Shown piece after piece: positions 1 through 13,886 of a stretch of DNA of 64,000 bases (the first letter of the stretch is position 1; each line of letters opens with the position of its first letter). The DNA is taken from positions 44,888,001-44,952,000 of the forward strand of contig NC_086114.1 of the NCBI RefSeq assembly GCF_963921235.1. The letters run 5' to 3'. The stretch is from Mobula hypostoma (Eukaryota). The notes under the pieces are model-generated. The model had not been told where the DNA came from and ran no database searches. It saw only the letters and a program-made list of their open reading frames with translations. Made by a program: the position numbers and the translations under genes.

Positions 1-428
1 GTAATCAACAAACAGCATCCTGATGTATGCATCTTTGCTGTCCAGATGTTCCAGGGTTGTGTGAAGAGCCAATAAGATGGCATCTGCTATAGTGCTGGTG
101 CTTTGCTTGGCAAATTAGAGCAGATCCAAGTCGCCACACAGACAGGAGCTGATATGCTTCAACACCAGCCTCTCTAAACACTTCATCACTGTGGACGTAA
201 GTGCAACAGGTTGATAGTCATTGAGGCAGATTACCATGCTCTTCCTGGGCTCCGGTGCGATTGAAACCTGCTTGAAGCAAGTGGGTACCACACACTGCTG
301 GAGTGAGAGGATGAAGATATCTGAGAAGACACCAGCCAGTTGGCCAACACAGGTCTTCAGTACTCATCCAGGTACTCCACCTAGACAGGATGTTTTCCTT
401 GGATTCACTCTCTTCAAAGCAGCTACCA
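1..428 (-). mobile_element. Rex1/Babar LINE reverse-transcriptase fragment
   Basis: Minus strand reads CLNDYQPVALTSTVMKCLERLV, a typical Rex1/Babar RT N-terminal motif; runs off the window edge. Confidence 0.75.
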
Positions 429-429
429 G

Positions 430-1020
430 GTTATAAAATTGAGACTGTATTAAAGCACTAGTGAGGCCTTATTTGGTGTATTGTGAGCAGTTTTGGGCCC
501 CTTATCTTAGAAAGGATGTGCCGAAACTGGAAAGGGTTCAAAGGAGGTTCATAAAAGTGATTCCAGGACTGAACGGCTTGTCATATGAAGAGCATTTGAT
601 AGCTCTGGGCCTGCATTCACTAGAATTTAGAAGAATGAAGGGTGATCTCATTGAAACCTATCAAATTGTGAAAGGTCTTGATAGAGTGGATGTGGAGAGA
701 ATGTTTTCTACGGTGGGAGATTCTTAAACCAGAGAGAACAGCCTCAGAATAGAGGGGCATCCTTTTAGCCAAAGAGTGGTGAATCACTGGAACTCATTAC
801 CTCAGGCAGCTGTAGATGCTGAGTCTTTATGTATATTTAGGGCAAAAGTTGAGCAACTCTTGATTGGTCAGGGCATGAAGGGATATGGGGAGGGCGGAGG
901 GGTGGGGGGAAGGCAGAAGATTGGGGCTGAGAGGAAAAAAAGGATCAGCCATGATGAAATGGCAGAGCAGACTCGATGGGCCAAATATCATAGCTCCTAT
1001 ATCTTATGCTCATATGGTCC
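430..1020 (+). mobile_element. CR1 LINE 3' fragment
   Basis: ORF 461-727 (RPYLVYCEQFWAPYLRKDV...LERVQRRF...GDLIETY) and WNSLP motif are the CR1 ORF2 C-terminus; 3' UTR follows. Confidence 0.9.
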
Positions 1021-2069
1021 TTTGAGAGAGGTATGGTGAGCTATGATCTGGGTGCAGGTAGATAGGACTAGGCAGAAAACCATGCCAGGATCGACAAGAT
1101 GGGCTGAATTGCCTCTCTCTCTGCTGTAGTGCTCTATGCCTCTAAAAAATCTATTCATAGCCTATGCACACATTAGGAAAAATCAGGAAGTTCCATGGAC
1201 TAAGCTACTCCATAGGCAGCAGAAAGTCTACCAAGAGATAAGACAAAGAATTGGAACTGGAATTGGAATTACTTTATTATTGTCAAACGTACCAAGTTAT
1301 AGTGAAAATCTTGTCTTGCATATACCGTTCATACAGATCAGTTAATTAGATCAGTTAATTCAACACAGCGAAATGAGATCATTGCACTAGATCCAAAATA
1401 GTCAATGTGGTTTACAGAGCAATTGTATGGTTCCATCACAATGGTTACTTCCTTCTGAACTGAGGTTTTGACATTGAATGAGAGATAAAGCAAGGCCGGG
1501 AGCTGAATAAAATGTAACTCTTCTTCAAAGCCAATCACACCCAATCCTTTCCACCATCTTCAGAGATTAGACAGCCAGCTTCAACATTATTCTGGAAGCT
1601 CGGCATCATTATTCTGCTTGACTGGTACTTCATCCATCATCCGAATGATTCCCTCCGCCTCTGGAGAACCATGAACTGTGCAGCTTCTACAAAATGAGAA
1701 GTGACGGCAGCTCTGTCAGTAACAGTGGCATCAAGAAGCATAAGGACAATCATTTAAAGAGAATACTATCAATTGTCCCTCAAAGTCATAACTGTTCTTT
1801 ATGGGGACAAGGTCACCACCCCTTCATCGACACTGAGTCTGAATTCTGGAATTTCTCCCGAACAAAACCACACAGGTATTGTGGCAGTTCAAAAATATGA
1901 TCATTCCTCCTTTCAGTGGCCACTTCTCGGTAGGTGATACATGACCCTTGCTCAGATTCCAGCTAAACATTGACAAAAGGTGAGTTTTGATTTTGAATTT
2001 GGGAGTCTTTTGATTGCAGTCAATCCATCAATTCAAAAACTAGAAAGCCTAATAATGCAGTTGAATCAC

Positions 2070-2234
2070 AAACAAGAGAAGGTCTGCAGATGCTGAAAAC
2101 CCAAGCAACACACACAAAGTGCAGAAAGAAATCTGCAGGTCCTGTTGAATGGTCTTGGCCTGAAACGTCAACCGTACTCTTTTTCATAGATGCTGCCTGG
2201 CCTGCTGAGTTCCTCCAGTACTTTGTATGTGTTT
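2070..2234. mobile_element. Old short fold-back Penelope-like (PLE) terminal insertion
   Basis: Reverse-complement PLE end with the 35-nt tail (2070-2104), then a forward arm starting at a decayed hammerhead (gtcctgttgaa...gaaacgtc); flanks taatgcagttgaat / taatggatttcaat resemble a decayed TSD. Confidence 0.7.
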
Positions 2235-2895
2235 AATGGATTTCAATATCATGTGGTTCATTTTCCATTAAATACACCAGAGTAGAAGTTATTCTATCTT
2301 TAAGCTATTTCACTATGAAGATCTTGGTACAGCAGTGGTGAGTCCAACGATAATTGTACACAATTGGCATAAGACATTATCGTTTACTAATTGATGCCAC
2401 AAGTTAGAGTCACTGTGTGGTGAGCTGACTCATACATTGACTCACAAAGGTATTATTGACAATAATGCAGCATTGCAGTAACAATACGATCATCCTTGAG
2501 TCTATGATACCAAAGTGTGCACTTTGGTTTGAAAGACCAATAAGCAACACACTAAAATATCAGCCTGTTTACTTGACATTGAAAATCTGGAAGTATAGAT
2601 TCTACTTTTGATTTATCCAGTTACTTGACCTCTGCTTAAATATAACTGCAAATCTAACAGCAGGCTCCCCAACCGGGTTTACTCAGCAAATGAATTTAGT
2701 CATGTATTATAATATACATTCATGCTAAAAGTAGATTGTCAGGGCATACAGACTGTTAATAGGCAGATGGTCTCAAAAACAAATAACCTTAGTTTTTATG
2801 GGTATTTATTTCTGCAAAATTGTTGCAATCATGAAGTAAATTATGATGCTTGTAGAAAGTGTAGAACTTGCAAAATATCTTGAATGGCTCTATAA

Positions 2896-2975
2896 CAAGG
2901 GTTTCCAACCTTTTTTATACCATGAAGCCTTACCATTAACTTAGGGGTCAATGGACCCCAGGTTGGGAACTCCAG
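2896..2975. mobile_element. hAT-type MITE (80 bp)
   Basis: Imperfect TIRs caagggtttccaacc / ggttgggaactccag; perfect 8-bp TSD CTCTATAA at 2888-2895 and 2976-2983. Confidence 0.85.
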
Positions 2976-4311
2976 CTCTATAACTATAATTCTCTTGATT
3001 GAAAGTACCAGGAGATTGCCCTGGTGATTACAGATTACTCCAATCACTGGTCACCATACTGTTTCAGGCTCTTTCTGCTCTCCAGACGTCTGGCAGTGGA
3101 ATTCCTTCCCAAAACTATCCAAATCTCTCTGTTGTGGGCAGATTCCTGGAAGATACTGAAAAGCAGAAGGCACAGAACCACAGGTGAGGAGAGAAAGCTG
3201 GAGATGAGCAAAAGGTTGTGATGGAAAAACCTTAAGAGTGTTTTAAGATTGAAGAAGGCTATTGAGATGGAGGTGGGGAGGATAAATAGAGTTTCAAAAT
3301 TTGATGCATTGCTCCCTACAGAAGCCAACATGGATCACCAAATGACTACCTGGTAAGTAAGCAGAACGAAGTTGAATGTGGCGGGACACTGGGGAGCCTT
3401 GAAGAGCAGAGGAATCTTGAGGTATAAGTCCATAGCTCCCTGAAAATGGCAGCAAGTAGATAAGTTGGTAAAGGAGGCATACAGTATTCTTGGCTTCATC
3501 AGACACAGTGTTGAGTCTAAAAGTCAGAAAGTCATGTTGCCACTGTGTAAATCTTTGTTTTATTGGAGAATTTTGTGTAGTTCTGGTTGCCTCATTACTA
3601 AAAGGATATGGAGACTCTGGAGGGGGTGCAGAAGAGGTTCTCCAGGATGTTGAAGTATTGGATTGACAAATCTGGATTGTTTCTTTTCTGGAGCATGAGA
3701 GGCTGAGCAGAGACCCAACAATAGTATATTTTTAACAAAATAAACTTTATTCATAACAAAAATATTAGTTGCAAGATTAAAACATTAAATTCCTTTCATT
3801 CTTTCCATTCATAGTCAATGTCTTCCATACTGTTCTTTTGCATTTATACACATCAAAGCAAGTCAGCCACTCATGTGAGACTCTTGGGTGTGATACTGCT
3901 ATATTAATATTAATTGAGAAGCTTCTCCCCTAACCCAGTCCCTCTCTCTGCAGTAGGAGAAGTACCCTACACTGCGGTCCTTCCCCACGGAGCCCTTATG
4001 GTGGCAGCACTGAGTTTCAGTGAATCCCTCAGAGCGTACTCTTGCAGCCTGGAATGTGCCAGTTGGCAGCATTCTTCCATGGACATCATGACTTTGCTAG
4101 CAGACCAACAAGTGTTGGGCAGACCAAAGAGTGTCTTTCACTGAATTAATGATCTGCCAGCAGTACTTGATGTATGGCTCCTTTGGTATCCCTGGGAATG
4201 GCCGTAGATCAGAGAGTTCTCTGTCATGGAATGAAACGCGACACAGGCTTTTTCATCTTTCTTCCACACCCTCTTCGCAAACCCACAGTCTGCAAAGAGG
4301 TGAGTTACTGT

Positions 4312-4553
4312 TGATGCACTATCAATTACTCCAAAAGACTGGAAGTAGAGTAAATACTGAAAGGCTTTTATTAACAGTAAAATTGACCCACGTCCATGCT
4401 GAGTATCTGCCCTGGACTGTGGGAGGAGCAGTGACACAATCGCCTTTATTCAGGGGTCTGTGGGAGGAGCCACAGGAGCAGTCAGCAGAGGGGCGTGTCC
4501 AGACATGTCCAGACAAGTTACCCAGTTACAACCTATATACATGGTTTACCACA
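4312..4553. mobile_element. Solo LTR
   Basis: TG...CA termini with 5-bp TSD ACTGT (4307-4311, 4554-4558); sits inside the Tx1 fragment. Confidence 0.8.
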
Positions 4554-4589
4554 ACTGTCTCTTCCCCACTATAGTCAGAAGCGCAGTGT

Positions 4590-4846
4590 GGGAGTTTTTC
4601 TTCCTTCACCCGTCTGCGTGAGATGTGGGACATTTGAGAAACTTTGAACTTTACTGTGCTCACCGACTTTCTTCATCAAGTTATGGTATTGTTACACTGT
4701 TTGTAACTATACAGTTTTGTCAGTTTTTTCAGTCTTGGTTTGTCCTGTGTTTTGTGATATCACACCAGAGGAAATAATGTATCATTTCTTAATGCATGCA
4801 TTACTAAATGACAATAAAAGGGGACTACATGTCTTCATAATCTAAT
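4590..4846 (+). mobile_element. Truncated copy of the non-autonomous retroposon family also at 11005 and 62410
   Basis: Reverse complement of about 11005-11250; ends aataaaagggactacatgtcttcataatctaa. Confidence 0.8.
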
Positions 4847-7718
4847 ACTCCGGGTATGCAAAAAAGACCTGCCTGGGAGGGCCCCTCTCATTGCCAGCTG
4901 GGCAAGGTCTTGGTGCCTATTGGTGAGATTTGGTGACGAGGCACCATCCAGCTGACCAGGATGTTGTGTAGCAATGGGGCCAAACCCAACCTTCACAACA
5001 ATGAGGACAGATAGAACCTTGGCATGTAGTGGTATTTGGTGCCCTTGTAGTTAGGTTCCACACGCATCCTGATGCAGCCACATGTGAAAGTGGCTGTCAG
5101 AGTGATGTTTTTGCCCCATTGTCCAAGCAATTATACATTGTGACCAATTCTTCCTGGATCCCCAGATAAACCTGAAGAAAGCTCGGGTGATTCCTAAGCT
5201 GGAGGAGTGGGAGATAGGCCACACCTGCGCCAGTGCAGAGGCCTGAGAGCATCTCACTCCTGATGACCAGGTTCTTCCTAGTTATCAACAGGGAGCCCCC
5301 TCCCCACAGTCCTAATTTCTGTTTAGCTTCCCAGACAACTGCAGCCAATTTTTTGTTGAACATAGAAGTATATAAAATCATTAAAGATATAAATAGCGAA
5401 GACGATCAGAATCTTTTTCCCAGAGTGGAAATACCAAATACTGGAGTACACAGCTTAAAGATGAGATGAGGGAAGTTTAAAGTAGATTTATGACACAAGT
5501 TTTTTTGTTAATACAGGAAGTACAGTAGTGAGTGCCTGGAGCAGACTGCTAGGGAAAATGGTGGAAGCAGGTACAACAAGAATGTTTAGGTTGCATTTAG
5601 GCAGGCACAATAACAGGCAGGAAATGGGGGGATATAGTCTGTGTACAAGCAGATGGGATTATCTTAAAATGGCATTATGGTTGACACACATATGGTGGGA
5701 CGAAGGGCTTGTTCCTGAACCGTACTGTTGTATGCCCTATGTTCTGTAGTACCTACCAAGGCATTTTTACCAGTAAATCTGGTGATCTCTGGGTAAATAC
5801 AAGCCTCCGTATTTTGAACGACTATCTCACTGGACAGCAGCATTTGGCATATTTCTTTGGTATCCACATTATTGGAATATGATGGACATTCCCCTGTCTA
5901 CCTCATGAAAAACTCCAGAAAATTATCGATCAGCAGTCCCTGGCTGGAAACAGGCTGGCCTGAGGTAAACATGACAGCGCAGGTCTGCTTAGATTTGGTG
6001 CTCTTGTGTTGGGTGGGAGATATGAACTAACAATCTTCTGGAACAGATTTCAATGGTGCTGTCACCTGCACCAAAGATAGCATCCTTTATAGCCAGGAAC
6101 CTTCAGCAAATGTGCTTAACCCATGGTAAACCAAGATGGATTAAGAAACCTTCTGACTCAGAGACAGGAGTCTATCTGTGGACTGATAATTTAATTCCAA
6201 CTTGCTGTGAGAAACCGAAATGATCTGTACCGAGCTTTCCAACAAACTCTTAAACTTGGAGGAAATCCTGAAGAAACTGTTATTCAAATACAAACTCTTT
6301 TCCTGGAGCCTTGAAATGTGGCTATCACCAAATATTTACAAACCAACAAATAAGTGAGAAAGATGGCACCATCTGTCACCAAGAGGCATTTTAAAGTGTG
6401 TTAGAATTGTACTTAGAGTGAATGAAACTCATTCACAACTCTTCAGAATGTATCTAAACTCAGATATTTCCCTATCAAAGCACCTTTGCTGCTCGTATAG
6501 CTTGAATATCAAATGTTCCTATAACAAACAATTCTTTGTCTTGTTGCATGAAGATGGTATGATAAGCGAAGAAGTTGCATCAATCTGAATGTCATTTTTC
6601 AATTATAAGATGCAGAAGGTAAGTTAAATCTTTGGAAATGTCAATACCTGCAGACAGGAATAATCCCTGTACTCACCTGAAGCAATTGCTAACTTATTCA
6701 CTGTATGTTCAAAATCATCCAAACTCAAAGAGTGAATATAACTTCTTCCAGTTACTCCAGACTCTATCCTCATTCAAAGACAAAGGTGTTGGTAGCTAAT
6801 TGGCCACTGTAAATTACCCATATTATGTGTGGGTGATGGGTTAGTTCTGGAGGGAGAGATTGATGGGAATGTGGGGAGAATAAAATGGGATTAGTGTTGG
6901 ATTAGCAAAAATGGATGTTTGATGGTCAGCAGAGAATCAATGGGCCGAAGCACGAATTTCCAAGTTGTGTGATCCTACATCTGTCTCTGACAGTTTGTGA
7001 GGGGACTGTGGACAGAGTTGATAGCCTGTACAAAGCCAAAGAGAAGTATAAGTGGATGTCAGAGACTGTGTAAATCATATAATACAGAGGTCATGTTAAT
7101 GCTAATTTACATAATACACCATTTGATAACTTCATATGTTATCAAAGGGTGTATATTACATGTATGATTTCCCACATTATTTGTAATGTTTGTGTTTTAC
7201 TTGTGCTGTCCTCTCAGTATGAATAAACTTCTAAAATAGTCCTGGGCTGCGAATGTTGATTAACTTTCACTATCCAGAGGGGTTTAGAGGGAATTCAAAG
7301 AATACGTGAAGGAGACAGCCACGTATACCAGAATCAACTTATCACTTGCCAACCCTCAATTGTGTTTATTCCATTGTTTATATTACACACATATAAATTA
7401 TGCATAATTTATGTTATTTTAAGTTATGTTAACTTATGTTTATCCTCCTCTTGTAACGTACTGTACTGCTGCTGCATAAAGCTAACTTCTTTGGCATTTA
7501 TACCCTGTGTTTGTAAGCCTGTGACAACAATTAACTTAAACACAGTATAGCTGTGAGGCAGTAGTTCAGCATGTCACTGTGCAAGTAAAGCAACTCTTTC
7601 GTCTCCTTTCCTCCACCACAGCAATGCCCCACTGTTACCCCCCCCCCCAAGAATACAGCAACGTGTAAAAGTAGCAAACCGTAAATACAGGAAATTTGGG
7701 AAATGCAGGAGGAACCGA

Positions 7719-8010
7719 TCAGGTTAGCAGCATCTTTGGAAGGGAATAAACAGTCAATGTTTCATGCTGAGACCCTTCATCAGGACTGGAAAGGAAGGAG
7801 GAAGAAGCCAGAATAAGAAGGTGGGGTGAGGGTGAGGGGAAGAAGTACAAGCAGGCAAGTGGGACCAGGTGAGGAGAAAGATAAGTGGGTGGAGGAGGGG
7901 GGAAATGAAGTGAGAAACTTGAAGGTGATAGGTGGGAAACTTGAAGAGTAGAAAAAGAAGAAATCTGATAGGAGAAGAGAGTGGACCATGGGAGAAAGGA
8001 TAGGAAGTAA
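7719..8010 (-). mobile_element. Old PLE 3' terminal fragment with decayed hammerhead
   Basis: Homologous to about 16950-17160; minus strand agtcctgatgaagggtctcagcatgaaacattgact at about 7752-7787. Confidence 0.75.
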
Positions 8011-10899
8011 TGCCAGTAAATCATCTGTGTTTGTGGTAACTCTGCAGTAAAAGCAACAGACTCGATGCAGACTGCAGCTGAAGTTGGGATCAAACCTGAG
8101 TCCCTGGAAATATGTAGTACAAAGCCAAACATCGGTTACTGTGCCCTCTTTACCTAGACTCCATTGAAGTTGAGAAAGGTTTCATTAGTGACTTAGCAAG
8201 GTCAGTCCTAACCTTATTATGTACTGTGTCATCCATTGAGATCATAATCCCGTTAAGTAGCATATTGGCATTCCAAGTGATTGACTGAAGCCAGCCCATC
8301 TGAAGTTGTGGAAGATTATGTTTCATTCAGTCTAATCAGAAGATGCAATCTCCTCTGTAATTTATCACTTGGATAAATCTTTGCTGCACTTTCTCCAAGA
8401 CCAGTCTCCCCTTCCTATGGTTTGGTGCTCACAGCGGGCCAGATATGTCTCAGCAGGCGTTTGTGTAGCTCTGGCAGTGAGCTCAACTGGGCGGTTTAAC
8501 ACCATTGTCTAGAAAATCTTGTGATTTGATTGTATTTCTAACTATCATGTAAACATGGAAACAAGTGAAGTCATTCAACTGCTCCAGGGTCTACTATCAT
8601 TGAGGACAAGCTGTGACCTAACTTCATAAACACTTTGCTTTCTTGTTTTCCTTAATGCTGTCACTTAACAAACATTTAAAATTAGATTTAAAATTAAGAA
8701 GTGGTCTTGAAGCAGTTGCTATTTGAGGAATATCCTTGAGTGTGAGTGTTTTCAGAAAGATTTGGCTGTAATATGTTAACCTAATCCTGAAACCAGACAC
8801 TCCCAGTCAATAAAAAAACTTTCTCCCCATTTAGTCAATCAGTTCCTCATAATATTTTGAAAAGTGTCACCTTTGTTGATGTATTCTTCAATTCAAAGAC
8901 AAAGTCACCTGTAATTTATCCATGGGAATCCAGTATTATTTTGTTGAATCTACTTAGTGCTCTCTCTAAAACTAGCCCCATCGTTCCTTAGGTTTAGTGG
9001 TGCCCAAGACAGCTCACTGTGCTTCTGCTGTGGCTTCTGCTTCTGTATACCTACAGCAATCAGAGAAGATTTACAATGGGTTGCATCAAGCTGTCCGATG
9101 TTCTGTCGGGAACATCTGGCTGGCAGATGATCTCACGGTGCAGATTATCCCAGACTTAAACATAAGCTCATACATTCACAGATCTGAAAGTGCCTTTGAA
9201 CTCCTACCCCACTGTTGTACTGGCTATGTACTAGAGAGAGGAACCTAATGCACTTCACATCTGACCCCTCAGTTTTAAAGCCAGAGAGAGAGCTGGCCGG
9301 CCTATACACTGTGATCTTTACAGAGACTTTGTTGGATAATATTAATGCAGATCATTATTTATTTTATCGTAATTGTTTGTTAGGTTGTTTTGGGCTTTAA
9401 TTACATTTCTTTTATTTATAAAATGTTTTGTTTTTATTATTAATGATTTATATATATTTGACTTACTTTTCATATTTCGACTATGCAAGGCCCCCTAGAC
9501 AGTTCAAGAGACTTTCACAGATGGTGAGTTCTTTAAGGCTATCCATGAGGCCCAGAGAATGGGCAGTCTAAATGAGGTCAACTGCTCACTCAGAGTGTTC
9601 CCTGTTTTCTGGGAATAGAGAGATATTTCATTCAGGCCTATATACCTGGCAAAATGTCAGTGGTAAGGATGGGCACTGAGTCCATGTGGTGGCCAGGGCA
9701 ATACAACCTGAGAGACACTGGCTATGTGTAGTTGCTTATAAAAGAATAGATGAAAGAGTGGCTGTTACTTCATCTGCACCCAATTACCATCTCACACAAA
9801 GTCAAGATGAACACCTATTTCCAATTGGAATTGTATTTATATTCACTATTCTCTTCTTCAAAAAAATAGGTCAAAGGTCTTGGCTGGCTAGCAACTCTTA
9901 AAGATCATCAAGAACCAATGGTCAAAAAGTCCCATGTAAGATTAGTAGGATGGGTGCATGGCCTTGAGGTTCTCAATCCCATCCAAGTCCTTCACTATTT
10001 TAAGCAGTCATGGGCTGACGATCCCCAGCAGTCTGTGGGGATGATGCATTTCTTCAAGGAGACTTTGAGCTCAGCAATTGTTTAAGCCATTGTAGCAAGA
10101 CAAGGACATAAAGAGACTTGGGAGCTTGTCTGGTGCTGGAACAAAAGGGTCATTATTGGATTTACAGCTTGATCCTCACTTCCATCTCATTTCAAATGGA
10201 TGAATTTAGATTTCATAACCTCATGGGACATCCTATTAATGGTAGTCAAAGGTTTTAACCAATTTCCCCCAGGATCAATAAAGTATGAGTATGACTATGA
10301 CTATGATAATCCTTACTTGGCACTTTTTGATTGAATACTTGGTAAGGAAAACGTACAGCTCATTTCACTAGCAAACCAAATAAGTGGCAAAATAGTGGTA
10401 TGGACAGGCAGGATGCTCCCTCAAGTCCCCAGGAAAAGTGGGTTCAGTCAAATTTCTGGTGCTGCATGTGTGGAGTTTGCATGTTTTCTCTGTGACAATG
10501 TGAGCTTTTTCTGGTGCTATGGTTTCCTCCAACATCCCAAAGGTGTGCTGGTAGATTAACTGGCCATTGCAAACTGCCCTTAGTATGTAGGTGATGGTGG
10601 GTGCTGGGGGAGTTGATGGTTGTGGGGGGGGGGGGAAGAACAGAATAGTGTAAGTGTGGGATAGAGATATATTTGTTGGTAGCTGTCCATCATGTCCAAC
10701 AATGACAGGAATCCTGGGAGGGAGAAATTTTAAAGTGGAAAAGTAGTTGCACTGGGGCAGTTCTGCTCTCTCAACAAGCACCTTCACCAGAGGTGCCACC
10801 CCCTCCCTGGACAATCCATACACCCCTCAGAGATAAATAGGAGCTTTCTAACATTCTGGAGGCCACAGTAGCACATAGAGTGGCAGGTTACTATAAAGG

Positions 10900-11835
10900 G
10901 TGACGTGGTTGTTACATCTGCTTACAATGCCAGTGGTAAGATTAGGACTCAATTCCCGCCACTGTCTCTAAAGCGTTTGTACTTTCTCCCCATGACCATG
11001 TGGTTTAGATTATGAAGACACACAGTCCTCTTTTATTGTCATTTAGTAATGCATGCATTAAGAAATGATGCATTATTTCCTCCAGTGTGATATCACAAAA
11101 CACAGAACGGACCAAGACTGAAAAAACTGACAAAACCACATAATTATAACATATAGTTACAACAGTGCAACAATACCATAACTTGATGAAGAAGTCCATG
11201 AGCACAGTAAAGTTCAAAGTCTCTCAAATGTCCCACATCTCACGCCGACAGGAGGAAGAAAAACTCTCCCTGCCATGCCGACCACAATCCGACTCTGAGT
11301 CATTCGAAAACTTCGAGTTCTGATAAGCTCTCCGACACTGAGTACTGAGCGCCATCTCTGTCCGAACGATTCGACCTCCTTCTCGGTCGCCAAAAGCAGG
11401 CAAGGCTGGGGATTTTGAGGCCTACCCACCGAAATATTCTCGACCACACAGTAACGACAGCAGCAAACGGGTGTTTCAGAAATTTTTTGCAGATGTTCCT
11501 CTGTGCTTTCTCGTCCATTCTCCATCAAATCAGAATTGTTCACGGCCCCTATTTAACAGATACAATATCATTTTTCACTGGAGGGCTGCGCACACGTGGG
11601 CACACCGCCATCTTCACCTCCCACCTCTCAAGGTTTCCTCAAGGTGCTCTGGTTTCCTCCCAGCTTCTAAAGATATAATAGTTCAGGTTAGTGAATTGTG
11701 GGCATGCTATGTTGGCGCTAGAAGAGTGGTGGCACTTGTGGGCTGCCCAGCACAATCCTCACTGATTTGATTTGATGCAGATGAAGTGTTTCACTGTATG
11801 TTTCGACGTACATGTGACAAATAAAGTTCATCTTT
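10900..11835 (+). mobile_element. tRNA-derived SINE interrupted by the 11005-11630 element
   Basis: B-box-like ggactcaattccc; SINE core resumes at ggtttcctcaaggtgctctggtttcctccc; GGTTT repeated around the insert. Confidence 0.6.
11005..11630 (-). mobile_element. Non-autonomous LINE-dependent retroposon, near full length
   Basis: Minus strand starts near AAGATGGCGG and ends AATAAAA...ataatctaa; similar to 62410-63040 and 4590-4846; no coherent ORF. Confidence 0.7.
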
Positions 11836-12936
11836 TATATGGTCAGTGCAGGCTCAGTGGGGCACAGGGCCTGAGTCTGTGCAGTACATCTTTAAATTAT
11901 ATAAAATATGAGTGCAAATCATACTTTGAAAGGGCTACATTTGCTTAGTTAGTAAAGAGTACCTGCACAAACAACATCTTTTACCTCTGGAATACACTTC
12001 AAAGCTAATAAATTAGCTTTCAAGGAGTGCAGTCACTCTTGTTGCAAAGGAAAATATAAAGGGACAAAGCAAGATGCCATAAGCAAAAATCATGTCATTA
12101 ATATGATCCATAGCCTTCCTCCATCTGCAATAGTTTACCTTCCTCTTAACTTCTTTGCATTCTGCAGCCTGGTTGACTGGTGTTCAAAGGTGTTCCACAG
12201 CACAGAAACAGGCCCTTTGGCCCATTGATACAATGCTGATCATCAAGCCCCCATTTGCACCAATCTTATACAAATCCTATTTAATTTTCCTGATATTTCT
12301 ATCAACTGGCCTCAGCTTCTACCAATCACTAGGGGCAATATACAGTGATCAGAAAATCCATGTTTGGACTACAGAATGTATCTAGAGCACCCAGAGGGAA
12401 GCACAATTTCACAAAGAGTATGTGCCAACCCCATATAGACTGCAGCAAAGATCAGGATTGAACTTGAATCACTGGTGCTGTGAGACAGCAGCTCCACTAG
12501 CTGTGCCAACTGTGCTGTCCTTTTTGATGGTACAGCACAGACCAGTTGAACGTAACATCAACAAGTTACTAAACAGGTACTGGTATGTTGGGTTTTATAC
12601 AATTGCTTTTATATTTATATCTATTATGTTCTAATGCTCATTGTATTTTTATGCTGCATCGGATTTGAAGTAACAAACATTTCATTCTCTTTTACACTTG
12701 TACTGAAGAATGGCAGTAAACAATCTTGAATCTTGAATCTGTCCTTCACAGTACCAGAGACAGCAAGAACCTCAACATGAGGTGACACTTCCTTGCACAA
12801 CTTACTCAGAACGTAGCACATTACAGCACAGTACAGGCCCTTCGGCCAAAGATGTTGTGCCTGTCGTTATTTTGGGATCTATCCCACAGCTGGCCACTAG
12901 AAGCCCTCAATGTTCTTCTGGTCTCTAAACATTCTA

Positions 12937-13403
12937 AGGCCCAATTTATACTTCTGCGTCAAATGTACACCGTAGGTACCGCATACCCTACGCCGTAGGG
13001 TGACGTGCACCTCCCCAAAAATGTAACTCACACGTCGCGACGACGCAGTCCGTAACAACTGTGATTGGTCCACTTGACAGCATCGCATTTCCTCCTACGC
13101 ATTCCAGTTGCTTTTCTCTGCCATGTCTGTACACTCATGCGAAATAAGTGGTTGGAGACGATGAACCAAATCGTCAAATCTACCTGCCAACATCCGAAAA
13201 TATTTGAAATGCATTTCCTCGTCCATGTCTCTCATGAAGAAACTCAACACAGTGGCATAGAAACCCCACCGTCAGCTAGCATTTTGGCGGTGAATTACAG
13301 AGCGACGCAGACACAACTACACATGTTCGCTACGGCATAGGGCTGCGCAAAAGTACAAGTCAGGCCTACGGCGTAGCCCGTACGCGCAAGTATAAATCAG
13401 CCT
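12937..13403. mobile_element. MITE, probably PIF/Harbinger-like, inside the 5' LTR
   Basis: TIRs aggcccaatttatacttctgcgt / acgcgcaagtataaatcagcct flanked by TA(A); absent from the 3' LTR; CpG-rich. Confidence 0.75.
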
Positions 13404-13817
13404 TAAGCCTGCTGTGTTACTTGTATGGGAATTGACAACACCTGTGCCTAGATATTCTAGTTAAGATGTGTGAATTATGCTGTTCTTTGCTCAGTCGTTG
13501 AGCCAACACTTGCTAGAGAGCCTGTCTTGTATCCAGCGCTGTATTCCTTTTGAGTGTATTTTTGCCCCACCCTTGCCCTACTATTTATTTGTACTTTGGA
13601 CCTGTTTTACTTTAGAACTTTGAATTCAGTCTATTGTGTTTTTGGATCTGCTTGCCTGCTTCTTTTAACTCCTGTTTTTGTTATATTGAACCACTGCCTG
13701 GGTTCTGATTTGGATTATTGCCTTTGTTTTGGAACTTTGCTATCTGGTAGAGTACCTGTCTGAATACTCATTCTGACCTCCTGTGTGATCTTGGTACCTG
13801 GGTTCATTTCTCGCTCA

Positions 13818-13886
13818 GCCCCTTGGGTACAGTGGTAAAGTTCTGGACTGCCATGCCGGAGACCTGGGTTCAAGACCAGCCAGGAC
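13818..13886 (+). ncRNA. tRNA-Gly(GCC)-like module in LTR U5 (second copy 17446-17506)
   Basis: GTACAGTGGTAAAGTTCTGGACTGCCATGCCGGAGACCTGGGTTCAAGACCAG aligns by eye with vertebrate tRNA-Gly-GCC; A and B boxes present. Confidence 0.65.

Larger units (their letters stand above)
3720..5355 (-). mobile_element. Tx1/L1-clade LINE 3' fragment
   Basis: Minus-strand ORF2-like motifs (FFRFIWG; LTNRHQDLAQLAMRGALPGRSFLH); minus-strand AATAAA near 3750. Confidence 0.65.
3340..5750 (+). mobile_element. CR1 3' fragment split by a Tx1-like insertion (CR1 pieces about 3340-3716 and 5360-5750)
   Basis: CR1 ORF2 C-terminal motifs stop near 3716 and resume near 5360 (IEVYKIIK...LFPRV). Confidence 0.7.

Noticed and set aside
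13818-13886. Functional tRNA-Gly gene
   Set aside because: Acceptor and D stems pair poorly, there is no T-run terminator, and it is part of an LTR; reported only as tRNA-like
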